A stretch of 64,000 nt of DNA from Opitutales bacterium. GTDB lineage: Bacteria > Verrucomicrobiota > Verrucomicrobiia > Opitutales > Coraliomargaritaceae. Positions 10,382 through 21,283 of this stretch are shown here, in pieces. Both the position numbers and the translations under genes were made by a program. Positions within the stretch are counted from its first letter, which is position 1, and every line of letters starts with the position of its first letter. The notes beneath the pieces were generated by a model. It searched no databases. It had not been told where the DNA came from and saw only the letters and a program-made list of their open reading frames with translations. The stretch spans positions 1 to 64,000 of the forward strand of contig JBMYNR010000002.1 of the NCBI GenBank assembly GCA_049598495.1, in the 5' to 3' direction.

Positions 10382-11776
10382 ATGTCTTCTCCGAACACTG
10401 TAGATTCTCTCTGGCACAATACGAATACTGAACTAAAGAACCTCTTTCCTGCGGAGGTTTATGATATGTGGTTTCGTGACCTGGTTTGTACCGAGGAGAC
10501 GGATTCGAGTTTGAGATTGACTGCCAGCAGCGAGTTCAACGCGATTTGGATTGAAAACAATTTTCTGGATATCATCACCCAGCAGGTTCGTAGTTTCGCA
10601 GGTTCCTCGATGGAGGTGTCGATCGAGGTGAAGTGTCAGGAGGGTGATCGATCCGGGGATGGTCGGCTTGCTTCAGACCGTGTGGTGGAGAGTCAGTCGG
10701 AGATTCGCAATAACCGTTCGCCTAAACCGACGGAGCCGACACATCGCACGCTGATTAACCCAACGAACACGTTTGAAAATTTCGTAGTTGGCTCGGGTTC
10801 TCAACTCGCACACGCGGCCTCAATCGCGGTGGCCAATGCCCCGGGGCGTGCCTACAACCCGCTTTTTGTCTATGGTGATACGGGCTTGGGCAAGACCCAC
10901 TTGATGCATGCCGTCGCCCACCAGATGTTGGCCAACAACCCGAATGCGCGGATTGCCTATGTCTCGACCGAGAAATTTACGAACGAGTTCATCCATGCGA
11001 TCCGCGAAAATAAGTTGGCCAAGTTCCGCAAATACTACCGCAACGTCGACGCGCTTCTCGTCGACGATATCCATTTCCTGTCAGGAAAGGAAAGCACGCA
11101 GGAGGAATTCTTTCATACATTCAACGATCTCTTTGAGTCCGGTCGCCAGATATTTCTGGCCAGTGATCGCCCGGTCAACGAGATTGAACGTCTTGAGAAC
11201 CGCTTAATTTCCCGTTTCCAATGGGGGCTCGTCACGGATATTCAGGCGCCTGATTTTGAAACTCGTGTGGCCATCCTTAAGAACAAGGCCTGTGCGATGA
11301 AGATCGAGCTGGATGATGAGATTATGGACTTTTTGGCGGAGCGTGTGTCCCGCAATGTGCGTCGGATGGAAGGCGCGCTGACTCGGATCGCGGGCTATGA
11401 CAATTTGATCGACCGTAAGCTGGACCTCAACGCGGTGGAACGTCTGTTGAGTGACCTGCTCCACGAGGAGGCGGCCAGTAAGGTGACGGTAGACCAGATC
11501 CAGCGCCGTGTCGCGGACTACTACAAGATCCGTTTCAGCGAGTTGGTCGGCCGTCGTCGGACCAGTGAAATCGTTTTTCCCCGCCAAGTGGCCATGTATA
11601 TCTGTCGGACCTTGACCGGCGACCCTCTAAAGTCGATCGGAGATGCTTTCGGCGGACGGGATCACGGAACTGTCATCCATGCCTGCAAGCAGGTTGAACA
11701 CATTATGGAGCAGGACGGCAGCGTGAAGCGTGGTGTCGACTACCTGATCAAGCAGCTATCGAAGGGCAGGTGTTAG
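10382..11776 (+). CDS. dnaA: Chromosomal replication initiator
   Basis: [52 protein letters not shown]. Confidence 0.98.
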   Translation: MSSPNTVDSLWHNTNTELKNLFPAEVYDMWFRDLVCTEETDSSLRLTASSEFNAIWIENNFLDIITQQVRSFAGSSMEVSIEVKCQEGDRSGDGRLASDRVVESQSEIRNNRSPKPTEPTHRTLINPTNTFENFVVGSGSQLAHAASIAVANAPGRAYNPLFVYGDTGLGKTHLMHAVAHQMLANNPNARIAYVSTEKFTNEFIHAIRENKLAKFRKYYRNVDALLVDDIHFLSGKESTQEEFFHTFNDLFESGRQIFLASDRPVNEIERLENRLISRFQWGLVTDIQAPDFETRVAILKNKACAMKIELDDEIMDFLAERVSRNVRRMEGALTRIAGYDNLIDRKLDLNAVERLLSDLLHEEAASKVTVDQIQRRVADYYKIRFSELVGRRRTSEIVFPRQVAMYICRTLTGDPLKSIGDAFGGRDHGTVIHACKQVEHIMEQDGSVKRGVDYLIKQLSKGRC

Positions 11777-11880
11777 GGAGCCTCTCTATCTCAGAGGTCA
11801 GCATCCCCCCTTTGCCTGTCGCCCGTTCGCGCATGGTATGCGGCATGACGGGGGCCATGCCCTCCAGTTTTTGAACTGCA

Positions 11881-12489
11881 CTAGCCATCCCGTTCCTCGA
11901 TGGCCTTGCGGTAGATTTCCCGGCTGATCCAGGCATCGGTTGCTGCATATCGGATCTGTTTGCGATCGAGCTCGGCACGAGCCCAGTTGGAAACTTGTGC
12001 TGCCTTGCTGATCCTTCCATCGAGTAGGAGTGCGGCGAGTGCCCGCAGCCCTCGGTTTTCATAACCTAGCTTGACTGTGATCTCGGCAATCTCGAGAAAT
12101 CCGGCGGGAGTGAAGTTCTCCATCGCCCGGAGTTCCTTGACGTCCTCTTTGATTGCGACGCCGGTTTTCAGGATCTCGGGCGATTCCAGAATGGGAAGCA
12201 GGGGAGCAAATGTCTTGGTCTTGCTAATTCTGAAGAGGTAGACGCAGGACTCCGTCGCGAGCTGGATAAGTGCGGGCGGATAATATTGGCCCTTCTTGAA
12301 GCAAGGCCGCGTTTCCGTATCGAAACCGAGATGCGATTCCCCCTTGAGGGCAGTCACAGCGGTCTCCATCGCCTCGATGCTCTCAAGGATCTGAACCTCA
12401 CCCTCCCATGCAATCATGGGAAGTTCGTTGATTTCGGCCTTGGAGATGCGGCGGATTTCGGGTTGGGCGCTATCAGGTAGTTTAGTCAT
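11881..12489 (-). CDS. 3'-5' exonuclease (DEDDy, RNase D/WRN-like)
   Basis: LGFDTET, ALIQLAT, SNWA...QIRYAATDAW. Confidence 0.92.
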   Translation of the reverse strand: MTKLPDSAQPEIRRISKAEINELPMIAWEGEVQILESIEAMETAVTALKGESHLGFDTETRPCFKKGQYYPPALIQLATESCVYLFRISKTKTFAPLLPILESPEILKTGVAIKEDVKELRAMENFTPAGFLEIAEITVKLGYENRGLRALAALLLDGRISKAAQVSNWARAELDRKQIRYAATDAWISREIYRKAIEERDG

Positions 12490-12690
12490 GGGCGATACAT
12501 GGAGGCAATGAGAAGACCATTTCGGCTAGATTGATATGCTGGGAGAAATTCTGTTCGAAGGTATCCCGCGTGGTTTTCCATATCTTGGGCTGCGGGTAGG
12601 CCGCCGAAGACCCTCGGAGGCGATGTGAGCCGCAGGTGCGCCGAATAGTGGCCTTCGTTGAGTTAAGAGAGGCGGAGGCAGGAGGGGGGC

Positions 12691-13473
12691 TTATTTCCCG
12701 AAGAGACCTTTGAGCCCTTCGCTTGCCTTGTCGACGGCATTGCCGACGGTGCTGTCCAGAGCCTTGGTAGCGCTCTTCGTGGCTCCTTCCAGTGCTGCCT
12801 GTCTACCTTCTCTCAAAAGCTCGCCCGCATTGGTAATGCTTGGTCCGATGGATTGAACAAGCTTCGTCAGAACGAGACTGATCACCTCAGCCGTCGACAT
12901 TTGATCCCCCTCATGGCCGATATTCTCCATCTCAATGGTCGGCAGCGACAGGGTTTGCCCGATCCCAAGGGCGCCTAGGTAGATGGTGCCGCCCTCAATA
13001 AGGAGCTCGCGGATCACGACGTGCTTCTTAGCGCCCGTATCGTCTTCCGAAGTCGGATCGTTTTGATCCTTCGGCTCTGAGAATTCCTCGATGTATTTGA
13101 GTAGCTCCTTAAGATTGCTGCCTGTGAGAGACTTTTCGTAGCTGATCTCAGGTTTTCGGATGATGATATGATCGATAATAATCACCTTGCTAAAAACGGT
13201 GCTCATATCGACCTTCAGGTCGATTTCTCCGACTGCGAAGATGTCCTCGCTCTTATAGCCGTCAGGGTTGCCGACATTCAGGCCTTTGAGTGTGCCACTG
13301 CCCGTTAAAATTGAGATATTGGCGGAGTCGAGTGTGACCTTCGTTTGAGTGACGCGGGGTCCGAAAATTTCCACGCCTGACCTGATTCCCTTGTTCAGGA
13401 TACTGGAACCAACAAAGTAAATCGAAGCGAATGCGATGACTGCTAGAAGGCTGAGGGATAGTTTCTTAATCAT
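12691..13473 (-). CDS. AsmA-family/DUF748-like membrane-anchored protein
   Basis: N-terminal TM segment, then GTLKGLNVGNPDGY and IIIRKPEISYE; ATG at 13473 preferred. Confidence 0.7.
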   Translation of the reverse strand: MIKKLSLSLLAVIAFASIYFVGSSILNKGIRSGVEIFGPRVTQTKVTLDSANISILTGSGTLKGLNVGNPDGYKSEDIFAVGEIDLKVDMSTVFSKVIIIDHIIIRKPEISYEKSLTGSNLKELLKYIEEFSEPKDQNDPTSEDDTGAKKHVVIRELLIEGGTIYLGALGIGQTLSLPTIEMENIGHEGDQMSTAEVISLVLTKLVQSIGPSITNAGELLREGRQAALEGATKSATKALDSTVGNAVDKASEGLKGLFGK

Positions 13474-13608
13474 GATCGGCGCCTTGTTATAAAGTGAACA
13501 CACCATTATATTGTATACACCATGTAGCCATGGCGAGTTTGAAAAGCAGTGCAGAAGACGTCGGCGATGTGGGCTGCTTTTTTTTGTGGCCCGCGTTGTT
13601 ACACCTCT

Positions 13609-13658
13609 TAGAGCCGATTGCATTTCGTTAGAACTTCTGGAGAGAGCCGTTTCGAGAG
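13609..13658. mobile_element. MITE family A left-end fragment (copy 3)
   Basis: TAGAGCCGATTGCATTTCGTTAGAACTTCTGG nearly identical to the start of copy 2. Confidence 0.8.
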
Positions 13659-13714
13659 CCGCTCAAGGCGTCCAGCCAGGCATGCACCGAGGTGCCTAAT
13701 ACCGCTTTGAATAA

Positions 13715-14278
13715 GGGCGTGTCGGACTTAGGAAGTCCTCCCCGCAGTTGAGTGTTTGCTAGTTGTTGAGTTGTCAGTTGTGTTTTTCTCGAGAGGACTG
13801 GCTCGAAGGCGAGTTTATGGCCCGGCCAGCTCCAGAACCTGAACAAACACCGCCTCCAGCAATGCTTTGTTGCGACGCCTGAACTTTGCAATCGTATCGT
13901 GATCGGGATGGTGGTTCCCGCAGATGTAGCGCACCGAGACTGAGTCATAAGTCGCGCGCTCGATGCGGCGAGAACTGAACACCCCGGTCGCATAGCAGTA
14001 GATCAGAAGAGCCAGCATCATACTTGGTGGATACTCCGCGCTTCCTGTGCCACGGTGATTGACACGGGCTCCCCTTAAATCCGTCGCATCCACCGCCTCC
14101 AATACAAAACCAGCCAGATCGTTGTCTTTAACCCAGTCGCGCAGGTCGCAGGCTAACAACATCGGCGTATCACGATCCACGTTCACAAAATTTGCGCTCA
14201 TGCAAAGACACACAACTGCCTAACTGATAACTGACAACAGATTAACTGGCTGGAGGGCAACTTAAGTCCGACACGCCC
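13715..14278 (-). mobile_element. Internally deleted IS1182-family element (564 bp)
   Basis: Perfect 16-bp IR GGGCGTGTCGGACTTA / TAAGTCCGACACGCCC with subterminal heptamer repeats, enclosing a transposase fragment. Confidence 0.85.
13815..14201 (-). pseudogene. IS1182-family transposase N-terminal (DUF772-like) fragment
   Basis: YPPSMMLALLIYCYATGVFSSRRIE...PDHDTIAKFRRRN; DDE domain missing. Confidence 0.85.
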
Positions 14279-14489
14279 CGAAAGGTATGTCTCGCGCGAG
14301 ACTGTGCGGGTTGCTCCCAGGCGCCCTGAAGGGCGCATTCCAACACTTGGAATGCGCGAAACAGGAAATCGTCCAAGATGCTTGCATGATGCCCGGACGC
14401 TTGAGCGCAAGCGTCTCGCGCGGACACAGCTTTTTTAAATGGGCAAAATATCGCCTTATATGCAAAGCGGTATCAAATGATCAACGGAG

Positions 14490-17400
14490 CTACTTCTGTA
14501 TGAGTTCCCAGCCTTCGTTTCGAATCATCGGTTCGGCTTTCTTGAACTTGAGGGTCTTCTCCTCCGGCCCCTTACGGATGGTCACACTGTCGTTGCGCCC
14601 GACCTTAGGCAGTTCGCGGCGGATCGGCTCGACCTTAGGAAGCTCCACCTGCTTCCCTCCCGCGGAGCCGTGCGCTTGACCTGCTGCAGCGGCGGCACCG
14701 GCAAGGGCGCCGGCAGCACGGTTTTGCCCCGTCCCCGGACCGGCAACGTGAGCCACCTGAGAGAGGCGAGCGAGCATATTATTAAAGGCCTCGGCACTGG
14801 TTGCGCTACGAAAGACGGCGTTGCAGATCTCCGTTCGCACATTGGCCATCAACTCCTGAAAGAACTTGTAGGCCTCACTCTTATATTCATTCAAGGGGTC
14901 CTTTTGGCCATAACCTCGCAGGTTGACCGCACGACGGAGTTCCTCCATCTCGGTCAAGTGGTCCTGCCAGCGGCGATCCAGAGAGCGAATGACCAGGTAA
15001 CGCTCAAGCCCTAAGAGGGCTTCCTTATCTTCAAACGCCTCACGCTGGTCGTAGGCCTCGTTGATTTTCGCGAGAATAAAATCGTGCTGCGCCTGCGGCT
15101 CCAATTGCTCAATCTCTTGGGCTTTTAAGGCAATCGGGAAATAGGCATTGAGCCAACCTAGAAAACGATCTGTCGCCACAGCGTCATTGGATTTGGTCGC
15201 ATCGAGCTCATTGAGACGCTCTTCCAACTCCTCTTCGATCATCTCAAATACGATTTCGCGCGGTTTGTCGCTCTGAATCGCATCATTCCGGAGGCCATAA
15301 ATGACCTCCCGCTGTGTGTTGAGCACGTCGTCAAACTGGAGCAGGCGTTTACGTATCGAAAAATTCTGCTGCTCCACCTTCTTCTGTGCGTTCTCAATGG
15401 ACCAGTTAAGAGCCGGGTGTTCCAACTCCTCACCCTCCGACATCGACTTCTCCAGAATACGGGAGATGGGGCCGGCATTGGCAAAGAGACGCATGAGGTC
15501 ATCTTCCAAAGAGACAAAAAACTTTGAAACTCCGGGATCTCCCTGACGGGCACAACGACCACGAAGTTGGCGATCAATCCGGCGGGATTCGTGACGTTCC
15601 GTACCGATTACGAAGAGACCGCCGAGTTCAGGCACTCCGGGACCAAGCTTAATGTCCGTGCCACGGCCCGCCATATTTGTGGCGATAGTGACCGCCCCCT
15701 TTTGGCCGGCGCGCGTAACAATCTCCGCTTCCTGCTCGTGGAACTTCGCGTTGAGCACGCTGTGAACGATGTTGCTGCGTTTGAGCATGCGGGACAGTAA
15801 CTCGGAGGCCTCCACCGACGCGGTGCCGACGAGAACGGGTTGCCCCTCCTTGTGGGCCCCCTCGATCTGCTTGATGACCGCATTGAACTTTTCGCGACGA
15901 GTCTTGAACACCACATCGTTAAAATCCTTCCGTATATTCGGCCTGTTTGTCGGGATGACCATCACGGAGAGTCCATAGATTTCATTGAACTCGGAAGCTT
16001 CCGTTTCCGCAGTGCCCGTCATGCCCGCGAGCTTTTCATACATTCGGAAGTAGTTCTGAATCGTGACCGAGGCATAGGTCTTGGTCTCTTTTTCAATGGT
16101 GCAGTTTTCCTTGGCCTCGACGGCCTGATGCAGCCCATCGGACCAACGGCGGCCGGGCATCACCCGACCTGTGTTCTGATCAACTATGTTTACTTTTCCA
16201 TTTTGCACAACGTATTCCTTGTCCCGTTCGTAGAGACTGTAGGCACGAAGCAGTTGGCTGATGCAGTGGATTCGCTCACTTGTATTTTGGAAGAAAGTCT
16301 CCGCCTCCAGCTTGGCCTTTTGCTTTTCCTCCGCGGACAGATCTGCTTGCTTATCGATCTCCATGAACTGAGTCGGTAGATCGGGTAACATGAAGGCATC
16401 GGGATCGTCCGGACTCATGAGTGCACGCCCCTTCTCTGTCAGGTCCGCCTGTTGTTGTTTTTCATCAATGATATAATACAACTCCTCCTTCAACGCATAG
16501 CGCTGCGTTTTGTTAAAGTCGCTATTCATCTCGAGATCGAACTTATCGACTTCACGGCGGATGGCAGGCACCTCATTAAGACGGTGGAACTGCTTATTCT
16601 TGGGCATGCCCAGTTTTACTTTATAAAGCTTGCTGATGGCATCATTGCGCGCATCGCTATCCGCCCCCTCGTCCTCAAGCACCTTTTTCGCATCGCTCAC
16701 AAGCCCGTTACAATAGGACTGTTGTTTCGAGAATAGCTTCTGGATGCTTGGCTTTACCTCATGAAATGGAAGCGGATTATCCTCCTGCACAGGGCCGGAA
16801 ATGATCAGCGGCGTACGCGCCTCGTCCACGAGAATCGAGTCCACTTCGTCGATAATACAGTAGTAGTGATCCCGCTGAACTTGATCCTCCTTGCGACTGG
16901 TCATGCCGTTGTCACGCAGATAGTCAAAACCGAATTCGGACGCCGTGCCATAAGTGATGTTGCAGCCATACATCTCTCGGCGCGTCTGTGGGTCCATCCC
17001 GTTCTGGATACAACCAACGGTGAGCCCGAGGAAACGAAAGAGGTGCCCCATCCACTCCGAGTCACGGCGGGCAAGGTAATCGTTAACCGTGACGAGCTGA
17101 CAGTTGCGCCCAGTAAGTGCGTTCAGATACAGCGGGCATGTCGAAACCAGTGTCTTACCCTCCCCTGTGGCCATTTCCGAGATGCGATTTTCATGGAGCG
17201 AAATACCGCCAATAAACTGGACATCGTAATGGACCATGGCCCAGGGGAGCATATGGTCGCAGACTTCATACTCCTTGCCGCACATCCGGCGGGCAGCACT
17301 CTTCACAGCGGCAAAGGCCTCAGGAAGCAGCTCATCAAGACTCTCGCCGCCCTTTTGGTGTCGCTGCATGAACTCGGCGGTCTTTGCACGAAGGGCCTCG

Positions 17401-17519
17401 TCGGAGAGCGATTGATATTCGACCTCCAGCGCATTGATGCGCTCGATAATCGGCTGACACTTTTTGAGATACTTCCCGTAGTGACGTCCGGAAAACTTCT
17501 TGAGGATGGATGAGATCAT
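14490..17519 (-). CDS. secA: Preprotein translocase ATPase
   Basis: [50 protein letters not shown]. Confidence 0.99.
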   Translation of the reverse strand: MISSILKKFSGRHYGKYLKKCQPIIERINALEVEYQSLSDEALRAKTAEFMQRHQKGGESLDELLPEAFAAVKSAARRMCGKEYEVCDHMLPWAMVHYDVQFIGGISLHENRISEMATGEGKTLVSTCPLYLNALTGRNCQLVTVNDYLARRDSEWMGHLFRFLGLTVGCIQNGMDPQTRREMYGCNITYGTASEFGFDYLRDNGMTSRKEDQVQRDHYYCIIDEVDSILVDEARTPLIISGPVQEDNPLPFHEVKPSIQKLFSKQQSYCNGLVSDAKKVLEDEGADSDARNDAISKLYKVKLGMPKNKQFHRLNEVPAIRREVDKFDLEMNSDFNKTQRYALKEELYYIIDEKQQQADLTEKGRALMSPDDPDAFMLPDLPTQFMEIDKQADLSAEEKQKAKLEAETFFQNTSERIHCISQLLRAYSLYERDKEYVVQNGKVNIVDQNTGRVMPGRRWSDGLHQAVEAKENCTIEKETKTYASVTIQNYFRMYEKLAGMTGTAETEASEFNEIYGLSVMVIPTNRPNIRKDFNDVVFKTRREKFNAVIKQIEGAHKEGQPVLVGTASVEASELLSRMLKRSNIVHSVLNAKFHEQEAEIVTRAGQKGAVTIATNMAGRGTDIKLGPGVPELGGLFVIGTERHESRRIDRQLRGRCARQGDPGVSKFFVSLEDDLMRLFANAGPISRILEKSMSEGEELEHPALNWSIENAQKKVEQQNFSIRKRLLQFDDVLNTQREVIYGLRNDAIQSDKPREIVFEMIEEELEERLNELDATKSNDAVATDRFLGWLNAYFPIALKAQEIEQLEPQAQHDFILAKINEAYDQREAFEDKEALLGLERYLVIRSLDRRWQDHLTEMEELRRAVNLRGYGQKDPLNEYKSEAYKFFQELMANVRTEICNAVFRSATSAEAFNNMLARLSQVAHVAGPGTGQNRAAGALAGAAAAAGQAHGSAGGKQVELPKVEPIRRELPKVGRNDSVTIRKGPEEKTLKFKKAEPMIRNEGWELIQK

Positions 17520-17697
17520 AAGACCTTATAAAAAATGGATAGCGTAAAACGACTTCAGGAATCGGGCCCAAAGGGACAGCCGACGCACAGAAAAAGTAAT
17601 AAAAATGGTCAAAGAGCACTGCACTGGCAAGTGTCTTATGCCGGCTAAGCGTCACTACGGGGTTGACTCAGAGGTGGATTCTCGCGGTTTAGGATGC

Positions 17698-18297
17698 ATG
17701 AATATTACTTGTCTCGATTTGGAAGGGGTTCTCATCCCCGAGATTTGGATCGCCTTCGCCGAGAAGACAGGGATCGAGGCTCTCAAGCGCACGACTCGGG
17801 ACGAACCGGACTACGACGTCCTCATGCGCTACCGCCTGAATATCCTCGACAAGGAGGGCTTTAAGCTCGCCGACATCGAGGACGTCATCGGCACGCTCGA
17901 TCCCCTGCCGGGCGCGAGCGAGTTTGTCGAATGGGTCACCTCGAAAACTCGTTTGGTGATTCTCTCTGACACCTTTCGCCAATTTGCGGGCCCGTTGATG
18001 GCGAAGCTCGGGCACCCCACGCTCTTCTGCCACGACCTGGTCATTGACGAAGCGGGGCGTATTGCCGACTACCAGTTACGCCTGAAAGACCATAAGCGCA
18101 AGGCTGTCGAAGCCTTCAAGGCACTCAAATTCGATACCTTCGCCGCCGGCGACTCCTACAATGACCTTACCATGATTGACGCAGCTGACAACCGCGCCCT
18201 CTATTGCCCCCCCGAGCGCCTGATCTCCGAGCGACCCGAGTTGCCCGTGGCCCGTGACCACGGCGAACTGCGCCAAATCATTGAGGGCATTCTTTAA
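17698..18297 (+). CDS. thrH: Phosphoserine phosphatase/homoserine phosphotransferase (HAD)
   Basis: CLDLEGVLIPEIWI, TTRDEPDYDVLM, AAGDSYND. Confidence 0.92.
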   Translation: MNITCLDLEGVLIPEIWIAFAEKTGIEALKRTTRDEPDYDVLMRYRLNILDKEGFKLADIEDVIGTLDPLPGASEFVEWVTSKTRLVILSDTFRQFAGPLMAKLGHPTLFCHDLVIDEAGRIADYQLRLKDHKRKAVEAFKALKFDTFAAGDSYNDLTMIDAADNRALYCPPERLISERPELPVARDHGELRQIIEGIL

Positions 18298-18317
18298 ACC
18301 AAAAATCCGATCCTCCT

Positions 18318-18617
18318 ATGCTCGTGCACAATGTATTTTTCTGGCTCCGTGAGGATCTGGACCAGACGGCCATCGAGGAATTCCGGATGGGTCTTGAAAG
18401 CCTCAAGGATATAGAACACGCAGAGGCCATTTACATCGGGATCCCCGCTGACGTATCCAAGCGTCCTGTTCTCGATACGAGCTACCATTTTTGCCTAACT
18501 GTAATTCTATCAGATGTTGCGGCGCATGATGCCTATCAGGCACACGAAATACATCAATCTTTCCTCGCTAAGCATAAGGAGAAATTTAAGCGAGTGAAAG
18601 TCTACGACGCGGACTAG
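18318..18617 (+). CDS. Dabb (stress-responsive A/B barrel) protein
   Basis: HNVFFWL...HDAYQAHEIH pattern. Confidence 0.85.
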   Translation: MLVHNVFFWLREDLDQTAIEEFRMGLESLKDIEHAEAIYIGIPADVSKRPVLDTSYHFCLTVILSDVAAHDAYQAHEIHQSFLAKHKEKFKRVKVYDAD

Positions 18618-18631
18618 CCTCCGTCGATCCG

Positions 18632-19228
18632 ATGGATACCCTCCTAAACCAACTGGGTGCAATCAGCCCCATTGACTGGCTTGCCATGGCCACAGGTATC
18701 ACCGGAGTCTACCTGAGTATTAAGGAGAAGCTATTTGCCTGGCCGCTCTTCATCCTCTGCTACGGATGTTATGTCTATATCAGCTTCCGCGGCAACTACT
18801 TCGCATTCGGTGGCATGAATATCCTGTTTGTCGCGATCGCTTCTTACGGATGGTTCAAGTGGGCCAATGCAAAGCGCGGGGCCGACGAGAGAATTAAGGT
18901 CTCGCACCTAAACCCGAGGTATCGTTGGGCCGTCGCCGCTTTCGTATGCCTTGGCACATTCGGTCTTGGCTGGCTACTTTCACGGACCGGAGAGGCCCGC
19001 CTCCCTTACTACGATGCCTTTGCCACATGCTGCGCGCTATCCGCCCAGTGGATGCTTAGCCGTAAACATATCGAAAACTGGTATCTCTGGATCATCGCTG
19101 ACAGCGTTTGGCTCATCTTTTTTATAAATGACAGAATCTGGCCGAGCGTGTTCCTCTTTGCGGTATTTATTGGTCTCGCCATCAAAGGCTCACTTGAGTG
19201 GAAAATGCGCCTCAAAAACGTCGCTTAG
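18632..19228 (+). CDS. pnuC: PnuC-family nicotinamide riboside/vitamin transporter
   Basis: Multi-TM protein with YGWFKW, PYYDAF, AQWMLSRKHIENWYLWI. Confidence 0.9.
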   Translation: MDTLLNQLGAISPIDWLAMATGITGVYLSIKEKLFAWPLFILCYGCYVYISFRGNYFAFGGMNILFVAIASYGWFKWANAKRGADERIKVSHLNPRYRWAVAAFVCLGTFGLGWLLSRTGEARLPYYDAFATCCALSAQWMLSRKHIENWYLWIIADSVWLIFFINDRIWPSVFLFAVFIGLAIKGSLEWKMRLKNVA

Positions 19229-19344
19229 ATGAGAATTTTCTCTTGGACTACCTCCCCATCAAGACCCTGCACATTCGCCCGGCGCTTCGATTTGGTGACT
19301 GACTTCTGTCTTCTGTTCTCTGGCTTCTGATTTCTGCACTCAAA

Positions 19345-19860
19345 ATGAAACGTATTGTGATAACCGGTGCCGAATGCACGGGGAAGAGTACCCTCGCTCA
19401 GGCACTCTCGGGTTACTACGGCGAACCGTGGACCGGGGAGTATGTGCGGCACTACGTCGAAGAGCTAAACCGCCAACTCATCGACGACGACCTCGATTTA
19501 ATCTTTCGTGGCCAGATGGCGATTGAGGATGCCTCGCTCGAGAAGGCCACGCGCTTCATTCTTCACGACACCAACCTCCTCTCATCGATCATCTACGCCA
19601 ACCACTACTTCGGCAAGGTCGTCGACTGGGCCAACGAAGCCTTTCTGCAGCGCAAATACAGCCTCTACCTTCTCTGCTCACCGGAAGGGATTGACTGGAT
19701 AGCAGATCCCGGCCAACGCGACAGCCCGCAAGCGCGCGCAGAGCTACAGGACAAGTTCAAGCAGAGTCTCGATCGCCTCGGCCTGCCCTACGCCGAGCTA
19801 AGCGGCGACGAAACCATCCGCTTCGGCGAAGCGATCCAGGCGATCGACGAGGTATTGTAG
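19345..19860 (+). CDS. NadR-like AAA ATPase (nicotinamide riboside kinase domain)
   Basis: IVITGAECTGKSTLAQAL, EYVR, DTN, WIADPGQRD; adjacent to pnuC. Confidence 0.85.
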   Translation: MKRIVITGAECTGKSTLAQALSGYYGEPWTGEYVRHYVEELNRQLIDDDLDLIFRGQMAIEDASLEKATRFILHDTNLLSSIIYANHYFGKVVDWANEAFLQRKYSLYLLCSPEGIDWIADPGQRDSPQARAELQDKFKQSLDRLGLPYAELSGDETIRFGEAIQAIDEVL

Positions 19861-19936
19861 GTAGGGACGCCTGCCCCCAGGCGTCCGAGATACTTTGATA
19901 ACGCAGCGTACGCCTGAGAGGGCAGGCGTCCCTACC
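19860..19936. repeat. GTAG-type REP pair
   Basis: GGTAGGGACGCCTGCCC ... GGGCAGGCGTCCCTACC. Confidence 0.8.
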
Positions 19937-19942
19937 AAAATC

Positions 19943-21154
19943 TTACTCAGCCACTTTAACGGCTTTCTTTTTCGCCGCCTTTTTCGCGGCTTTCTTTTTC
20001 GCGGCTTTTTTCGCGGGCGCCTGCTTCTTAGCAGCTTTCTTTGCAGGGGCCTTCTTCGCAGCTTTCTTCACCGCTTTCCTGGGCTTCTCTTCAACCGGCA
20101 CCTCCGGCGCCGGCTTGGCCACTCCCTTCTTTTCAGGCTTCGAATTGTCCTTCTTCGCGTCGGGCTTCGGCACCTCCGCATCCTCTGCTTTTTGCTCGCG
20201 ACTCTTGCCACGACCTCCGCGGCGGCGACCGCGGCGGCGCTTGCTCTTACCCAAAGACTCCGAGTCCTGCTGCTGGCGGGGCTCCGGCCTGGATTCAAAA
20301 TCCTCAATTGCGGCTGCAATGCGTGCCTCCATCTCTTCATCAGAATAAGGGATGGTTCGCTCGACCTCGATTTTCTCCTGAGTCGGTATCTTCGGTTGTT
20401 CCGGAGGACAATAGGCCTGCGGCGGGAGGATCACTTCACCGTAAGGATCCAGTGGGAGAGCCACCTCAGGAAGCGCTTGCACCGAAGCCGCGCTGCAGCG
20501 GGGGAAGAGTAACAGTTCCGCAGGCACATTGACGAAATTAGGATCGATCAGATGCTCCAAGGCACGCGCCACATCCTCGAGATCGATGCGGGTCTGCTCC
20601 CCGCTTTGCACACCTAGCCCATCAGGCTCCGGGTTCTGACGAAGGATGAGATTCGTTACCCGCAACCCGGCGTCACGAGCCTGATCGAAGATCGCACGGT
20701 TCATCTCGCGCAGGCCACCCTCTAGCAGAGCATTGACGGCACTTGCCGGATGCCCCGCTTTGTTCCCCGGAATCACATTGATTAATTGGCCACGAAAACG
20801 GAGAAGATTCGGTAGTGCCAAGCGCGTCATCATGACCGGACCGAGCAAGCCGACCTTGAGAATCGCCTCCAGGTTGCCGACCGGCAAATTCTCAAATGCC
20901 GCACCGGGCGTCACATCAATTGCGTGGATCAATAGGTCGAGTGATCTCTCCGCTTCGAGAATATCGCTCAAAGTCGCCGCAACAGCACTCAAGTCACTCA
21001 GGTCGACTGCGTGCGCCCTCAATTGCTCGTCCGCGAGCGTAACCTTGGAGAAATTATTCCCGATGCCGTGCACCCGAAACCCTTGGCGTAAGAGGCGCTC
21101 AATTAGATGAAGCCCGAGCGGGGTCTCCGCTCCGGTGACAATTGCAATGTCCAT
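19943..21154 (-). CDS. SDR-fold protein with long basic low-complexity tail
   Basis: IAIVTGA Rossmann start and SDR-like core; C-terminal KRRRGRRRGGRGK and AAKK repeats. Confidence 0.75.
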   Translation of the reverse strand: MDIAIVTGAETPLGLHLIERLLRQGFRVHGIGNNFSKVTLADEQLRAHAVDLSDLSAVAATLSDILEAERSLDLLIHAIDVTPGAAFENLPVGNLEAILKVGLLGPVMMTRLALPNLLRFRGQLINVIPGNKAGHPASAVNALLEGGLREMNRAIFDQARDAGLRVTNLILRQNPEPDGLGVQSGEQTRIDLEDVARALEHLIDPNFVNVPAELLLFPRCSAASVQALPEVALPLDPYGEVILPPQAYCPPEQPKIPTQEKIEVERTIPYSDEEMEARIAAAIEDFESRPEPRQQQDSESLGKSKRRRGRRRGGRGKSREQKAEDAEVPKPDAKKDNSKPEKKGVAKPAPEVPVEEKPRKAVKKAAKKAPAKKAAKKQAPAKKAAKKKAAKKAAKKKAVKVAE

Positions 21155-21283
21155 AAACTGTGAAAATGTTCTTTCGCCGACGGAGAACTCTCCGGTCGAG
21201 GTTCGTCAAAAACGCCAGCTAAGTGAGCCCACAGGCAACTGCCTGAACATCACCTTGCAATGAAAAACTTGCCGAGGTTAAGG

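Larger units (their letters stand above)
13699..14473. mobile_element. MITE family B interrupted by an IS1182-like element
   Basis: Terminal IR ATACCGCTTTG ... CAAAGCGGTAT; hairpin-rich interior at 14279-14455. Confidence 0.6.
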
